Below are positions 29,700 to 44,424 of a DNA stretch of 64,000 bases, one piece after another. The translations under genes were made by a program, and so were the position numbers. Source of the stretch: the human T2T-CHM13v2.0 reference genome, Homo sapiens; assembly GCF_009914755.1 (NCBI RefSeq), contig NC_060926.1, one strand, 5' to 3'. A model generated the notes under the pieces. That model was given only the letters and a program-made list of their open reading frames with translations. It had not been told where the DNA came from and searched no databases. Position 1 is the stretch's first letter. Every line of letters starts with the position of its first letter.

Positions 29700-30070
29700 A
29701 GCAACTGTATGATAGGCAAGGTTATATTCTGGAATGATGTGGTTTGTTTCTTACTCATGCTCACTGCCCATCAAGATCATCTAGGGGCTTTGCTTTGCAT
29801 TATCTTTACTCCAAAGCTCAGGATGGATGGAACATAGACCATCAGAAGTGCTCCCTTTCTCTGTGGCAGAAGGAAACAGAGCCAAGGAGGGCCACATTTA
29901 AAATGCCCCTGTCCAGAAGTGATGGAGTCACTTCTGCTCATAGCTCATTGGCAAGAACGAGTCACCTGACACTACCCAACCACAAGAGGACCAGGAAGTG
30001 CAATCCTACCAAATGTCTGCAAGTAGGGATATAACAGGATGTATCTGGTAAACTGTGCTAATGACTCTCA
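29700..30070 (-). mobile_element. Old MaLR LTR (MLT1K/L-like)
   Basis: 'ccagaagtgatggagtcacttctgctcatagctcattggcaagaac..agtcacctgac..caggaagtgcaatcct'. Confidence 0.55.
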
Positions 30071-30659
30071 CGCTGGACTAATTAGATTCATTATGTGTTG
30101 CATTCCTGACTAGCCATCTGAAAAGAGTATGACACTGGTCATGGCAAAAGCTTCAATATTGCTTACTACAAATATATCCCCACTACTGAAAGTAGAATTC
30201 AGAAGGAACCTGAAAATGTTCTAGATGGTCTGTCTATAAGATCACCCTCAGTCATGTAATTATTGCTTTAAAGTACAGGGTATGATAACAAGTAAATTTG
30301 TTGATTTTGGAATTAAGTTAATGGTGTAGTAGTACAGTTTTTGTAAGTGAAAGGCAAGGAAATTATATTTTAAGGAAATGTACTGACATTTACTTGGTAA
30401 TATTTATAAACCACAAAGAGTTTATCATTCATAGTAGTATTGTGATACTGCTGCTTGCTACTGCTATTGTTCAAATTCTCATTTTTTATTAAAATTTCAA
30501 TAGATTTCTCTTATGTCTTATAGAACTAGTAATGATTTAGGGCATATACATAGCTGTCTTATGAATTTAGGCAGTATTATGTACAAAGGCATTGGAGACT
30601 TCTGAAAATATGGTAGATTTGGAAAACTACAGATATTATTTTATTTTTGAGCTTAAAAT

Positions 30660-31452
30660 GCAAGCTAGGGATATAAAGTGGCAAGAGATGAGGCCAGGCT
30701 GGCAGATGGAGAGGCAGGGGTGGTGGTGGTGGTGTCACATTGTGAAAGGTCTGTGTAAGAGAGTTCAGTTGGTATGTAGTCACTGGGGAGTCACTGAATG
30801 ATTTTGAGGAAGGTGACATAGTCACATTGTATATTAAATATCATTGTGGTGGTAAGGTGTGAAGGACTTAAAGCAAAGGGGCAAAATTGGTGGGAGACTG
30901 AAAAGAAAATTATGTGTTGAGAGTCCCAGTGAGAGATGAAGTCACAGTGCCCATGTGGAATACAAGGAGGAGATGAATTTAAGACTGTTTAATAAGCTAG
31001 AACATGGTGACTGGATATAGGAAGAAGCTGGGGTGACTCCTACATGTTAGGCTCTGGTAATTGAGGGGATGGTGGCACCCTTTGCCAAGATGGAATTTAG
31101 GAAGGGGGGCAAGGGCAGAAGTTAGGGTAGGATGATAAACTTGTTTCGACATGTTGAGTTTGAGATGCCTAGGGACATATAGGTATACAAAGCTAGAAGG
31201 CATTTAGATATTAGGATTTAGAGTTCAGAAGTCAGAGCTTGGCTAGAGGTAGAGATTTGGGTGACCTCAATTGCACTTGAATAAATGGACATTTTATAGA
31301 GAGATAAAAGAAGACCTCTGAGGATAGAGCCTGAGGAATACCAAAACTTAATGGGTATGCAGAAGAAGAGGATCCAGGAAAGGATGCTGTGGAGTGGTGG
31401 CCAGCAAGGAAGGAGGAACAGCAGCAGGGAATGATGTGCCAGAAACCAAGTT
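30660..31452 (-). mobile_element. L2 fragment
   Basis: 'gacatgttgagtttgagatgcct', 'gaggatagagcctgaggaatacca', 'gtgccagaaaccaag'. Confidence 0.6.
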
Positions 31453-31455
31453 GAG

Positions 31456-31533
31456 GAACTCCTGACCTCGTGATCCGCCTGCCTCAGCCTCCCAAAATGC
31501 TGGGATTACAGGTGTGAGTCACTGCTCCCAGAC
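31456..31533 (-). mobile_element. Alu fragment, 5' ~78 nt only
   Basis: gaactcctgacctcgtgatccgcctgcctcagcctcccaaaatgctgggattacaggtgtgagtcactgc. Confidence 0.85.
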
Positions 31534-31974
31534 AAGTAGAGTTGTTATTTATTGCATGTAATGGATGCTTTAGTGTATGGGGGCTTAATTCTCCTGGGAA
31601 CTCAGGTTGAGAAAATCGGTCTAGTGGAGCAATAATAGAGTGGTAAGTGCAGTGATAGAGAAAAAATCCTGGGTGTCATGGGAGTGTGCAATAGGGATAC
31701 CCAGCTAGCTTGCAGAGGGCCAGGGAATGCTTTCTGGAAAGGAATTTTGGGAAGAAATGAAGTCTGAATGGAAAACTGTTAACCATGTGAAGAGTAGAAA
31801 AGGCTTGATGGAAAAGAGAGACTAACCTTCTCTAAGTCCAACAAGTTTTAAAAATATGGCTAGAGGGGAGATTTTGAGAACAGTGGTGAGCAGAGGTAAG
31901 TTCTTGTCAGCTTTGTTGGGGATGTTTCTTACTGGGCACTGACAAAGGCAGATCACAGACAGTCAGACCCAGTG

Positions 31975-32645
<671 letters not shown>

Positions 32646-32909
32646 CCCAGTCTCACTGGATGAATGCTATCTAAGATGAGCTGGACACTGTCACAACACT
32701 TGGTGCGTGGTCATTTCTTTTCCTTGAAATTATGATGCACTATCTTCAGTCTGTAAGCACCATAGTCTCAGGTCCTTTGGGATAAGATATGGTGTCTTTT
32801 GAAAGGGAGGAGGTTGAGCCTGGATACATTGGCTTTGGGCCTTCTGCCTGTCCTCTCTAATACATACTTGGTGTTGGGTGTGGTTTTCCTTTTGGGGTAA
32901 TTTGGATTA

Positions 32910-33040
32910 TTGCCACTCAAAGTGTGGTCCATGTACTAACGGCATGGAAGAATCTCAGGCCCAAGACCCACTGAATGAGAATTTGCATTTTAATGAGATC
33001 CCTAAGTGATTTGTATGAGCATTATATTTTGAGAAGCATC
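32910..33040. mobile_element. MER5-type hAT-Charlie fragment
   Basis: 'ctcaaagtgtggtcc..tctcaggccc..actgaatgagaatttgcattttaatgagatccc..tttgagaagca'. Confidence 0.65.
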
Positions 33041-33413
33041 GATGTGGATGAGTAGGTCTTCTTTGCTCTTAAGATAAAGATTAGTTTGTCACTATAGAGA
33101 AAGGAGGAACATATATATGACATTATTATAGCTGGTCCTGGAGGAGAGTCATGGGTGCAGTGTAACTTGTTGGGGCTTCAGAGGTTTCAAGTAATTATAA
33201 CGAATTCTTTGTTTTAGACTCTAGATCCCTCACTGTAACCCCTTCACCCCCTTCTCCAGTTAGGTCTAACAATTGAAGGATATATTGTTCTTGTAGTTGG
33301 AAAAAACCCACTGACTAGTTTATTGAAAAGAGATAGATTTTAGAATATCTTGAGTTATTTTTATCCTACTAAGTGTTCTGTAACCCACCTCCTTCCCATT
33401 TTGGGGAGATCAT

Positions 33414-33554
33414 TTTATTTATTTATTATTATTATTTTTAAGATGGGGTCTTGCTGTATTGTCCAGGCTGGTCTCGAACCCTAGGTTCAAGGTGTCCTCC
33501 TGCCTTGGCTTCCCAAAATGCTGGGATTACAGGCATGAGCCACCATGCCCAGCC
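33414..33554 (-). mobile_element. FLAM/Alu left monomer
   Basis: Single monomer with a (TTA)n tail; TSD ggagatcat. Confidence 0.85.
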
Positions 33555-34149
33555 TTGGAGATCATCTTAATATTAAGTTCAGACAATCATGTCATTTCTG
33601 TCTTACTGGACTCCAGCTTCACTCATTTTTTTCTGGAAGGGGATTACCTGTTACATTATGTTTAATACATGTTTGTCACAGCTTTCTGTTGGAGACCCAC
33701 TTTTAGTAGTTTTCAGCATGTTTTGAAGTCTTTTTGACAAGTAAATTTACAGAATATTGCAAAGTTATTTCAATATAAAGAGTTTTTGTATCTTGAAACA
33801 CTTCAAAGTGCAAAGCACCTCCTCATAACTTGAGTGTTACTGTTTTCCATTTGGCCTATGCTACTGCAAGATCATAGACTAGTGCATCAGGTGGGATTAG
33901 AAAGAAAAAGAAGATAGCTGCTCTTTCTGTAGTTGATAGTGTAAAGAACTACAAGAGGAAAATGTAAAGAAAAGCAGTCTGAAACTTTAAATGACTATAT
34001 TTGAGGTTTATCAGAAAGATGAACTGTTTTTTAATAAATGAGGCACCTGTATTATCAAAATGATTTATTATTTGTAATTGGAATTGTCTTTTCATTCAGA
34101 CACTTTCTTTGGTAAGAGGTGGTTAGATTATGCCAAAAATGATTAAAAT

Positions 34150-34722
34150 TTTAAAAAATTGAGATAAAATTCACATAACATAGAATTCACCATTTTGATA
34201 ATTTAAAGTATACAGTTTTGTGGTTTTAGTATATTTACAATGTTGTGCAGCCATCACACCATCTAATTCCAGAATATTATTCACCCCCAAAAGAATCCCT
34301 GTGCCCATTAAGCAGTAGTCACTCTCTGTTCCCCTTCTTCCCAGATGCTGGTAACCACTAATCTGTTTTCTGTCTGTATGGATTTTCTTACTCTAGACAT
34401 TTCATATAAATAGAATTGTACAATATTTGTCGTTTTGTGTTTGTGTTCCTTCACTTAGCATAATGTTTTCAGAGTTCTTCCACGTTGTAGCACATATCAG
34501 TACTTCATTTCTTTTTGTGGCAGAATAACATTCCATGTGTGGACATGCCACATTTTGTTATCCTTTCATCAGTTGATGAACATTTGGGTTGTATCTACTT
34601 TCTGGCTATTATGCTGTTGTGAACATTCATGCACAAGATTTTATATAAGCACATGTTTTCACTTCTTTTGAGTATTTGTCTAGGAGTGAAGTTATTGGGT
34701 CATGTGGTGACTCCATGTTTAA
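34150..34722 (-). mobile_element. L1MB-type 3' fragment
   Basis: 'ttgagataaaattcacataac..accactaatctg..tcacttagcataatgttt..ctaggagtgaagttattgggtcatgtgg'. Confidence 0.8.
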
Positions 34723-35053
34723 CAAAAATGATTTTTAAAATATAGATCACTAAAAGATACTGTCCCCAAACTTTTCTGACCCCAAAGGAATTAGTCTTAT
34801 GAATGTATACACAAGTTAAGCCCTAAAATTACTTGTTTTCTTTGGCATTTAGTCCACTATATGAGCAGCAGCTGTGTTGCTCCCGTTTCTTTTCACACGC
34901 AAGTCACCATTTTGGACATTTCAAAATGGAGCCCCTCTATCTCCTAGATTGTGAATTTGATGGCCCTTTGCTGTGTTATTTTATGAGTTATTTCTGGAGC
35001 ATCAAAAGTTCTCTCTTAAAAAAAAATCTTGTGGGCACTTAATAAGAGTTGTA

Positions 35054-35346
35054 GGCCGGGCGCGGTGGCTCACGCCTGTAATCCCAGCACTTTGGGAGGC
35101 CGAGGCGGGTGGATCATGAGGTCAGGAGATCGAGACCATCCTGGCTAACACGGTGAAACCTTGTCTCTATTAAAAATATAAAAAATTAGCCAGGTGTGGC
35201 GGGGTGCGCCTGTAGTCCCAGCTACTCGGGAGGCTGAGACAGAAGAATGGCGTGAACCTGGGAGGTGGAGCTTGCAGTGAGCCCAGACGCGCCACTGCAC
35301 TCCAGCCTGGGCGATAGAGCAAGACTCCCTCTCAAAAAAAAAAAAA
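35054..35346 (+). mobile_element. AluY
   Basis: AluY diagnostics 'gagatcgagaccatcctggctaacacggtg'; TSD aagagttgta (35044-35053 / 35345-35354). Confidence 0.93.
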
Positions 35347-35934
35347 GAGTTGTATATGCCCGAAATATGTTTGTTGCTGTTGTTGAAGGAGGTTGTTTAT
35401 TATCATTGTTGTTATAGTGTGTTATTGAATATAGTTTAGGAACTCAAGTAGCTTAGTTACCTAATGTAAATACTATTGTCCTATCAGCATTTCATGTCTT
35501 TGCTATATAGTTCTAAAAATGCTTATATACTACAAATATACAAGCATTTCATATTATATACACACATATAGTTTAGTGTTCATAGTATATATAGACACAT
35601 AGTTTAGTATTGTAAGCTTTTTACGTACCATAAACATCTCAGTTTATTATAATTGTTTCAGGCACATGGAATGCATTCAGTGAATGAATAAATTGTCACT
35701 TTTAATGACTACATAATATTTCCTTGAGTGGATGTTATATATTTTAAATAACTTCCCTATGTTATAGGACATTTTAATTTTTTATGATTTTTAAAATTTA
35801 AATAATATTATGGAGAAGATCTTTAAATATATGACTTTTTATTTCTTAAGATTGTTTTCTTTAAATTCTTAAAGAGGAATTACTAGGTCAAAAGATAAGA
35901 AATTATTCAAATGGATTCTTTGTACTACCAGGTT

Positions 35935-36212
35935 GCTGTGGTCTGAATGTATCCCCAGAATTCATGTGTTAGAAACATAATCTCAAATGCACCAGCGTTG
36001 GGAGATGTGGGGTCTTTTGGGAGGTGTTTAGGTCATGAGGGTAGAGCCCTACTGAATGGATTATAAATAAAAGGGCTTGCAGGAGTGGGTTTTCGTACTC
36101 TTGCCCTTCTGCCTTCCGACTTCTACCTTCTGTCCACATGATGACACAGCAAGAAAGCCCTCACCAGATGCTGGTGGCTTAATCTTGGACTTCCGAGCCT
36201 CCAGAACTGGGG
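35935..36212 (+). mobile_element. MST/MLT1A-type MaLR LTR, partial
   Basis: 'tgctgtggtctgaatgt..aggtcatgagggtagagccc..cttggacttccgagcctccagaactg'. Confidence 0.75.
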
Positions 36213-36880
36213 AGACAGTCTGGACACAGGGAAAACCTGAGACACAGGTTTTTATCCATTCTTTAATTAAATAATTAAAAGAGATCAAATTTGCATTTAT
36301 TTCTTTAACTTTTACTTTTTGGTTTTCCATTTCATCCTGTGACCTTGTTGATATTTTGAATGTTGGTTTTATCATCTTCAGTATTGGTTGTTTCTTATAT
36401 ATGTTATTTCTACATTTGACACTTTGCGTTGGGCACAGTGCCACTTCTGTGTGCCTAAGCTGGATTTGTGTCCTCATGGTATTTAGGGGCATAGACATAT
36501 TTCTGTAAGCGTACACATCCTTATTTTGTGCAGACTTTTCTTTCATGCTCCTGTTTCTTTTCCTTTTGCTTGTAGCCAGACTTTTTGGACTCAGTGTCTA
36601 TTTCTCACTAGTGATGTGGATTCTGCAGTTTGTTTTCTACCCTAGCTTTCTACTAAAGTTGTTCTTTTCATGGTTGTCACTGATTTCCTACCTGTTTTCA
36701 TTGGTTGTTTGCTTAGTTTTCATTTTCCTGGAGCTTTCTACAGTGATTTAAGACCATTGATTTCCCTTTTCTTTGTAATAACCTCTCATTAGCTCCATGT
36801 CCCAGTTCTGTTTCTTCTATTCAGTATGTTTGTTTTTTATTGATTTCTCTCTTTTCTCCACTTAGTTGTAGACATTTCTT

Positions 36881-37178
36881 TTTTCTTTTTTTGAGACGGA
36901 GTCTCGCTCTGTCGCCCAGGCTGTAGTGCAATGGCGTGATTTTGGCTCACTGCAACCTCTGCCTTCCGGGTTCAAGTGATTCTCCTGCCTCAGCCTCCTG
37001 AGTAGCTGGGATTATAGGTGCACCACCATGCCCAGCTAATCTTTGTATTTTTTTTTTTTTTTTAGTAGACAGGGTTTCATCATGTTGGCCAGGCTCTCGA
37101 ACTCCTCACCTCAGGTGTTCCACCCACCTCGGCCTCCCAAAGTGTTGGGATTACAGGCGTGAGCCACTGCACCCGGCC
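36881..37178 (-). mobile_element. AluS-type SINE
   Basis: TSD gttgtagacatttctt (36865-36880 / 37180-37195). Confidence 0.93.
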
Positions 37179-38133
37179 GGTTGTAGACATTTCTTAAGCT
37201 TCTAGCCTATGTCCTCTTTTCTTTCTTTACGTTCTTTTCCAGATAGATCTTTATGTAGTTTCCTAGTTTAAACTGACACTTTTATTTGGAGGATTTCCAC
37301 CATCCATTTGTTTATTCGACATTTTTTGATTGGCAGCTTTGTACGTGGCACTGGCATGGGTCCTGGAGATACAAAGATGAACACACTTTGACTACCCTCG
37401 ATGAATTTGGAGACCATTGCAGAAATCAGATGTGTAGACAGAGAGCCACATTGCTGTGTGATATGTTTTAACAGAGATCTGAGCACAGAGATGAAGGAGG
37501 TGTATGGAGTGGGAGACAATGGCTCTGCCTAAGGGAACTTAAATTTCTTGTAAGAGTGACATTTCAATTGCAGTTGGAAAGGAGAGTTTGCGAAATGAAA
37601 ATTAAGGGGAGAGGAGAATATTTAAGGCAAGGGAACTGTATGTTTAAAGGAAGAGACGCATGCATTCCTCCCAAGTCTCAACTGGTAAGGGCAGGGGTTT
37701 TGTCTTATTTTATTTATATTCATGGTGTTAAGGTAACAACAGGAACCTTTCAAGTTAGATTGGGGTCTCCATTCTAGATCCTTTGTTTACTGGCTCTGGG
37801 CTTTAGGGGCCTCACCTATAAATGGTATAAGTTTTTGATAAGGATTAATGAACTGTAATCACCTAAAATAGTGTCTGACAAGTAGTAGGTACTTTTAAAA
37901 CGTGAGTTTTATTCTTTCATTTTCCTTCTATCTAGCCACCTGTTAACTGGCATACAGTAGGCAGGGAATAGATACTTTTTGAACAATTTCAGTGTTTCCA
38001 AACTTCAGAAAAAGGATAGGATTGTTTATTGTGATGTAAACTTTTACGACTAGGAAGACCAAAAACACAGGATGAATTCACTAAATTTAGTGATCTTACA
38101 AAGCAGAAACTTGTTTTCTTAAGAACTAGCTTC

Positions 38134-38485
<352 letters not shown>

Positions 38486-38637
38486 TCAAGTCAGCTCTGC
38501 TGGATGTTTGCACATGGGAGCTGGATAATTCTCCCCCCAAATATAAAAGATTGGATATATTGTTTATAAATGTCTTCTATAATGTTTCTTCATTAATGTT
38601 TATAGTTGATTTTGGATTTGTTTTCATCTTAATTTCC

Positions 38638-38931
38638 TTTTTTTTTTTTGAGATGGAGTTTCCTTCTGTCACCCAGGCTGGAGTGCAGTGGTGCGATTTT
38701 GGCTCACTGCAACCTCCGTCTCCTGGTTCAAGCAGTTCTCCTGCCTCAGCCTCCCAAGTAGCTGGGATTACAGATGCCCATCACCATGTCTGGCTAATTT
38801 TTTGTATTTTTAGTAGAGACGGGGTTTTGCCGTGTTGGTCAGGCTGGTCTCGAACTCCTGACCTCAGGTGATCCACCTGCCTCGGCTTCCCAAAATGTTG
38901 GGATTACAGGCGTGAGCCACTGTGCCCAGCC
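38638..38931 (-). mobile_element. AluS-type SINE
   Basis: Full dimer; TSD core tcttaatttc. Confidence 0.92.
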
Positions 38932-39954
38932 TCCTTCTTAATTTCTTTTTGTTTACAGAGTTAAATAAACTTGATTGTAGATTTCAGTTGATCCAGGATG
39001 GTCTGTTTTCTCCTTGGGGTCTCAAATACAGTAGTTTAACTATTTCTCAGTTAGTACCAGCTCAGACTGGAGTCTTTTAGGTTTTTATTACCAATTACAT
39101 TCTTATTCCTTTGTATGACATAAAGGCCTTCCATGACCTGCCCTCTTCCCTGTTGGGCAACTCTGTTTCCTTTAGCATACCCTTAATCTTGGGCACCACA
39201 TACAGAAGGTCTTTGAATGCACCATGCAGCTGCATGCTTACATTTTCTTTTTATACACAGTTTCCTTTGCTTGCAGTTCTCTGCATGTGTCTCTTCCTCT
39301 TTCCCCTACTCATCTTTCTAGACTGGTTTCACAGGTTGTTGCCTCTGGGAAGCCTTTCCTTCATATCTTTACAATTGTTATTCAATGCTGCTGTTTTATT
39401 GAATTGAAAAATCTTTAGATGTTTTTCACATATTATAGGGCCCTTTATATTGTCTCTGTTCACATTCCAGTGGCATTTGATGTTTTCTTCTGGGTGGTAT
39501 TTGCATGACCTACTATGAATGACTCCCACTATGTGATGATGTTAAAAATGGCAAGTGCCGTTTGTTGTTGAGTACCTGTTCTGCGTTAGGCACTCTTCTA
39601 GGGCTTTGATAACACTGCATGTTGCAGACATAGATTTCTTTGTGAGATGGACTGGACTATAGTATTTCTTTTTCATTCTTCATGTGCTTATTTCTAAATA
39701 GACCAGAGCATATTGATTTAATTCATGAGGAGACAATGTCTGGTAACAGATAAAAAGTCAGTTCCTAAATCCAAAGAAAATGAGTAAATTCTTGAACTTG
39801 AGTTTTTGTTTATACAACATCTAAACTTCATTTTCAAGGTACTTCTGTTAAGACTATACAGAATTTAGAAAATATGTTGGTGTCAGTTTTATTATTATGT
39901 TAAAAGTAGTTTAAAAGTATACTTTTTAAAATAAAAGCAAGGAGAATACTTACA

Positions 39955-40781
39955 TGTCTAAAAGGAAACACTGTTTTTCTATACTACTCTCAACACTGCT
40001 GACATCAACTGCATGGATTTTCCACACCAACCAGTTCTCCTCAGACTCTAATTGGGTGTCCTACATTTTAACTCAATCCTGACACTACGCAGAGTTAGCA
40101 CAGACCCCACAGGTTAAGGGCTTATACCACAAGACTGCCCTCTACCCAGGTGCCAGTCACAGTCCGGGCTGCCTGTACTTCTGACTGGCTATTATTTGGG
40201 GATTCCCATGGCCCCCTCAGGTTCAGTAATTTGCTATAATGGTTTATAAAACTCAGGGAAGCATTGACTTATGTTTACCAGTTTATTATAAAGGATATTG
40301 CAAAGGATGCAGATGAATAGCCAGATGAAGAGGTACATAGTGCCTCTATGGAGGGGCATGGAGCTGCCACACCCTCTTGAAGTCCTCCACCCTACCAGCA
40401 CCTCTCTGTGTTTACCAACCCTGAAGCTTTCTGAACTCATTTATGGTTTTTATGGAGGCCACATTACACAGGGATGATTGATTAAATCATTGGCCATTGA
40501 ACTCAATCTCCAGCCCCTCGTCCCTTTCTGGAGGTCAGGGGGTGGGGCTGAAAGTTCCAACCCTCTAATCACATGATTCATTCTCTGGCAGCTGGCCCCA
40601 TCCTCCAAGAGTCCCTCATTAGCATAAACTGAGGTATGTTCGAAAAGGGCTTATTACCAATAACAAAAGATGCTCCTCTCACCCCATCACTAAGAAAATT
40701 CCTGGGGTTTTTAGGAGCTCTGTATTAGGAACTGGGGATGAAGAACACATTTATATTTTTTAATTATATCATAATATGACA
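39955..40781 (-). mobile_element. MER21-type LTR
   Basis: 'gagttagcacagaccccacaggttaagggc..cacaagactgccc..ggtggggctgaaagttccaaccctctaatcacatg'. Confidence 0.7.
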
Positions 40782-42692
40782 GTATCAGTGTTTCTTTTCT
40801 TCTTCAGTGATGCGACAATTCATTCAACAAATATTATTTTGGACATCTACTGTGTACCAGATAAGAGAACATATCATTGAATATAACATAGTGTACTGTC
40901 CTCATGGAACATACAGAAAGTTTATATTGTCTGTTAGGCCAAAATGGATCCATAGAGGCTTATTTTCAAAACCTATTCTGTCTTTATTTAAGAACCATAG
41001 AAGATTTAAATAATACTTTAACATTTGGAAACTATTTTAACAAATGCAAAAGCCAGAAGTGATTTTTACCTTTTTCTAATTTGAAAGGAAAATTTTTTTC
41101 TTTTAGCAGAGACCTCTAAATTCATTAGGGAAAGAACAACCAACCAGCCATAGTATTATATGCTTAAAGTATGATTTTTGTCATAGAACCAGTAAGTTAA
41201 ATGGCTTTCCTAAACTCATTCGAGACTTATTTGACACCTTTTTGAGGTATGAAAAGTCCAGTGTCAAATGGCTTTACAAGTGAATGCTTCCAAATGTTTA
41301 AAACAGATAAATAACACCAATCTTACAAAACTATTCTGGAGAACAGAAAAATGTTTTTTGAGGCCAGTATGCCCTTGATATCAAAACGTGACAAAGATAA
41401 TACAATATAAGAAAATTGTAGGCAAAGTCCTTTTATAAACACAGATACAAATATCCTAAATAAAATAATAGAAAATTGAATCCATAGATATGTTGTAGGG
41501 ATAATAGATTATGAACAGGTAAGGTTTATTCCACTAATGTAAGATTGGAGGATTACTATTCAAAACTCAAATAAGGTAATTCATCACGTTACCAGAAGAA
41601 AGGAAAAATCTATGGTTACTCTAGTTTCTGTAGAAAAGTACTTGATGAAATTAAAGATCCATTCATGATAAGTACTAGTAATAGAAGAAGACTTTCATCT
41701 GATAAAGGCTCCTTACAAAAGCCGACAGTAAACATCATAGCTAATGTTGAAACAGTGAAAGCTTTCCCTCTGATAATGGGAATGAAGCGAGGATGCTCAC
41801 TATCATTACTTTTATTCCATGTTATATCGTAGACTGTAGTTAATGCGATAAAGCAAGAAAAAAGACATGAGGATTGGGAAAGTAAGACAGTACTCATCAT
41901 TTTCAGACTAGTTGATTGTATACATGGAGAATTTAAAAGGCTGCTACATACAAAGTCAGCCTACAAAAATTATTTGCATTTCTATATATCAACAACAAAG
42001 AAAAAATGTTACCCTTATGTTAGCATGTAAAAAAGAGTTTTCAAGACCTCAACATTGCAAACGACACAATGTTATCAAAAGATGCTAAAGATGCTCTAAC
42101 TAAATGGTCATGGACTGTAAAATTCATTATGGTAAAAATATTAATTCTTCCCAAATTGATTGCTGCATTTAACAGAATCCAAGCCAACATTCCAGCAATC
42201 GTTGTTGTGTGTGTGTGGAAAGTAACAAGCTGATTTTAAAAATAGATGGCAATGTGAAGGACCAAAATAACCAAGACAATTTTGAAGTACAAAGCTGGAG
42301 TTCTTAAACTGCCCAACATCAAGACTTACCATAAGTGAGCACAGTTACAATAGTTTGGTATTTAGTATAAGGAGAGACACATAAGCTAGTGAATGGGATA
42401 GAAAGTCCAGAAATAGACTCATATATGGTCACTTGATTATGATAAAGGGAACAGTGCAGTGCAGTGGAGGAAAGAATGCTCTTTTCAACAAGTGGTGCAA
42501 GGCTGATTGGCTACCCACTTGGAGAAAAAGGATGTTGACCTTTATTTCATACCATGCACAAAAATCAATTCTAGGTAGATAAAATAACTAAATGTGAAAG
42601 GTAGAACAGTAAAGCTTTTCAAGGAAAACATAATACCATATTTTCATGACTTTAGGGGCACCAAAAATTTCTTAAACAGGACACAAAAAATA

Positions 42693-43007
42693 GGCCAGGC
42701 GTGATGCCTTATACCTGTAATCCCAGCACTTTGGGAGGCTGAGGCAGGCAGATCACCTGAGGTCAGGAGTTGGAGACCAGCCTGGCCAACATGGTGAAAC
42801 CCCGTTTCTACTAAAAATACGAAAATTAGCTGGGCCTGGTGGTGTGTGCCTGTAGTCACAGCTACTCAGGAGGCTGAGGCAGGACAATCGCTTGAACTTG
42901 GGAGGTGGAGGTGAGCTGAGATCATGCCACTGCACTCCAGACTGGGTGACAGAGCAAGACTCCATCTCAAAACAACAACAACAACAACAACAACAACAAA
43001 CAAAAAA
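42693..43007 (+). mobile_element. AluSx-type SINE with a (CAA)n tail
   Basis: Full dimer; tail expanded into a CAA microsatellite. Confidence 0.92.
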
Positions 43008-43852
43008 CAGTAACCATGAAGGAGAAAAATTAATAGATTGGAGTACATTAAAGAACTCTTCAAAAATACCACAAGGAAAGTAAATATTAATCTGCACAGT
43101 GGGAGAAGATGTATGCAACCAGATATATATTCAACAAACGACTCCTAACTAGAATTTATAAAGAATTCCCTGACATAATTGAGAAAAAAAACAGACAACA
43201 AATAGAAAAATGGGAGAATGACTGATACAGGCTCTTCACAAAAAGCTATCCAAATGGCCAATGCACTTAGGAAAAGATTCTCAGCTTTATCAGTTATCAG
43301 GGAAACACAAATCAAAACCATAATGCAGTACTACTTCACATCTCCCTGAAGGGCTGAAATAAATAGGTAAACAATATTAAGAGTTGGTGAGGTGTAGAGT
43401 AACTGGAATTCTCATATACTGCTAGTGGGAATGTCAGTGTAGCTGCTTCAGAAAACTGCTTGGCATCATTTGCTAAAGCTGCTGCTATCTTGTGGCCCAG
43501 AATTTTCATTCCCAGGTATATGCCCAACAGTAATGGGTACATTTGTACACCAAAAAAATATGTCTAGGAATCTTCCTAGGAATATTATATAAAATAGCCC
43601 CAAACTGGAAACCATCCAAATCTCAATAGTAGAATGGATGTATTGTGGTATGTATATACAATAGAATACTGTACAGCAGAGAGAATGGATCAACTACAGC
43701 AATGTGCAGCAATTAAGTATGAATCTAATGGCCAAACACAAAACTGCTTATGGTTCTACTTATAAGCATAAAACTATAGTTTTATCAGGATATTATTTGT
43801 CTTTGAAGGGGCAATAATTGAAAGGGGCAAGAGAAGAACGTCTTGAGTATTG

Positions 43853-44424
43853 GTTCTGGCAGGCAGAATTGTAAGGTGGCCCTCAAGATTCTCCTCCTTA
43901 AATACACACACCATGTTTAATTCCATCATCTTGAGTGTGGGTGGGACCTGCGAATATGGTGGGGTATCCTTCCTATGAGCAAGTCGCAATTTTGGGCAGA
44001 GGTAAAGGGCTTTTGCAGATGTTATTGAAGTCCCTAATCAGCTGACTTTAAGTTAACCGTAAGAGAGATTATCTTTGTGGACCTGACCTCATCAGGTGAG
44101 CCCTTTAAAATAGCATCCAGGAGTTAGAGATTTTTCTTGCTGCCCTTGAAGAAACAAACTGCCAGGAGTTTTATAGCTCCAAGAAAACAAATTTTGCCGA
44201 CAGCCACCCAGGCTTCCGTTAGGACCCTAATCGTTAAACCATAGATGAGATAGCAGCCCCAGCTGACAAACATCTTGATTACAGCCTTGAGATCACCACT
44301 AGAGAACCCAGCTAAGCCATACCGAGATACTCGACCCACAGAAGTTGTAAGATAATAAATGTGTCTTGTTTTAAACTGCTAAGTTTGTGGTAGGTTTTTG
44401 TGTCGCATAGAAAACTGACATACT
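43853..44424 (+). mobile_element. MLT1 (MLT1E-like) MaLR solo LTR
   Basis: 'gcaggcagaattgtaaggtggccc..ttttgcagatgttattgaagtccctaatcagctgac..tttaaactgctaagtttgtggt..atagaaaactgacata'. Confidence 0.75.

Noticed and set aside
36061-36546. 161-aa ORF on the - strand
   Set aside because: Runs into a MaLR LTR and has no protein-like features
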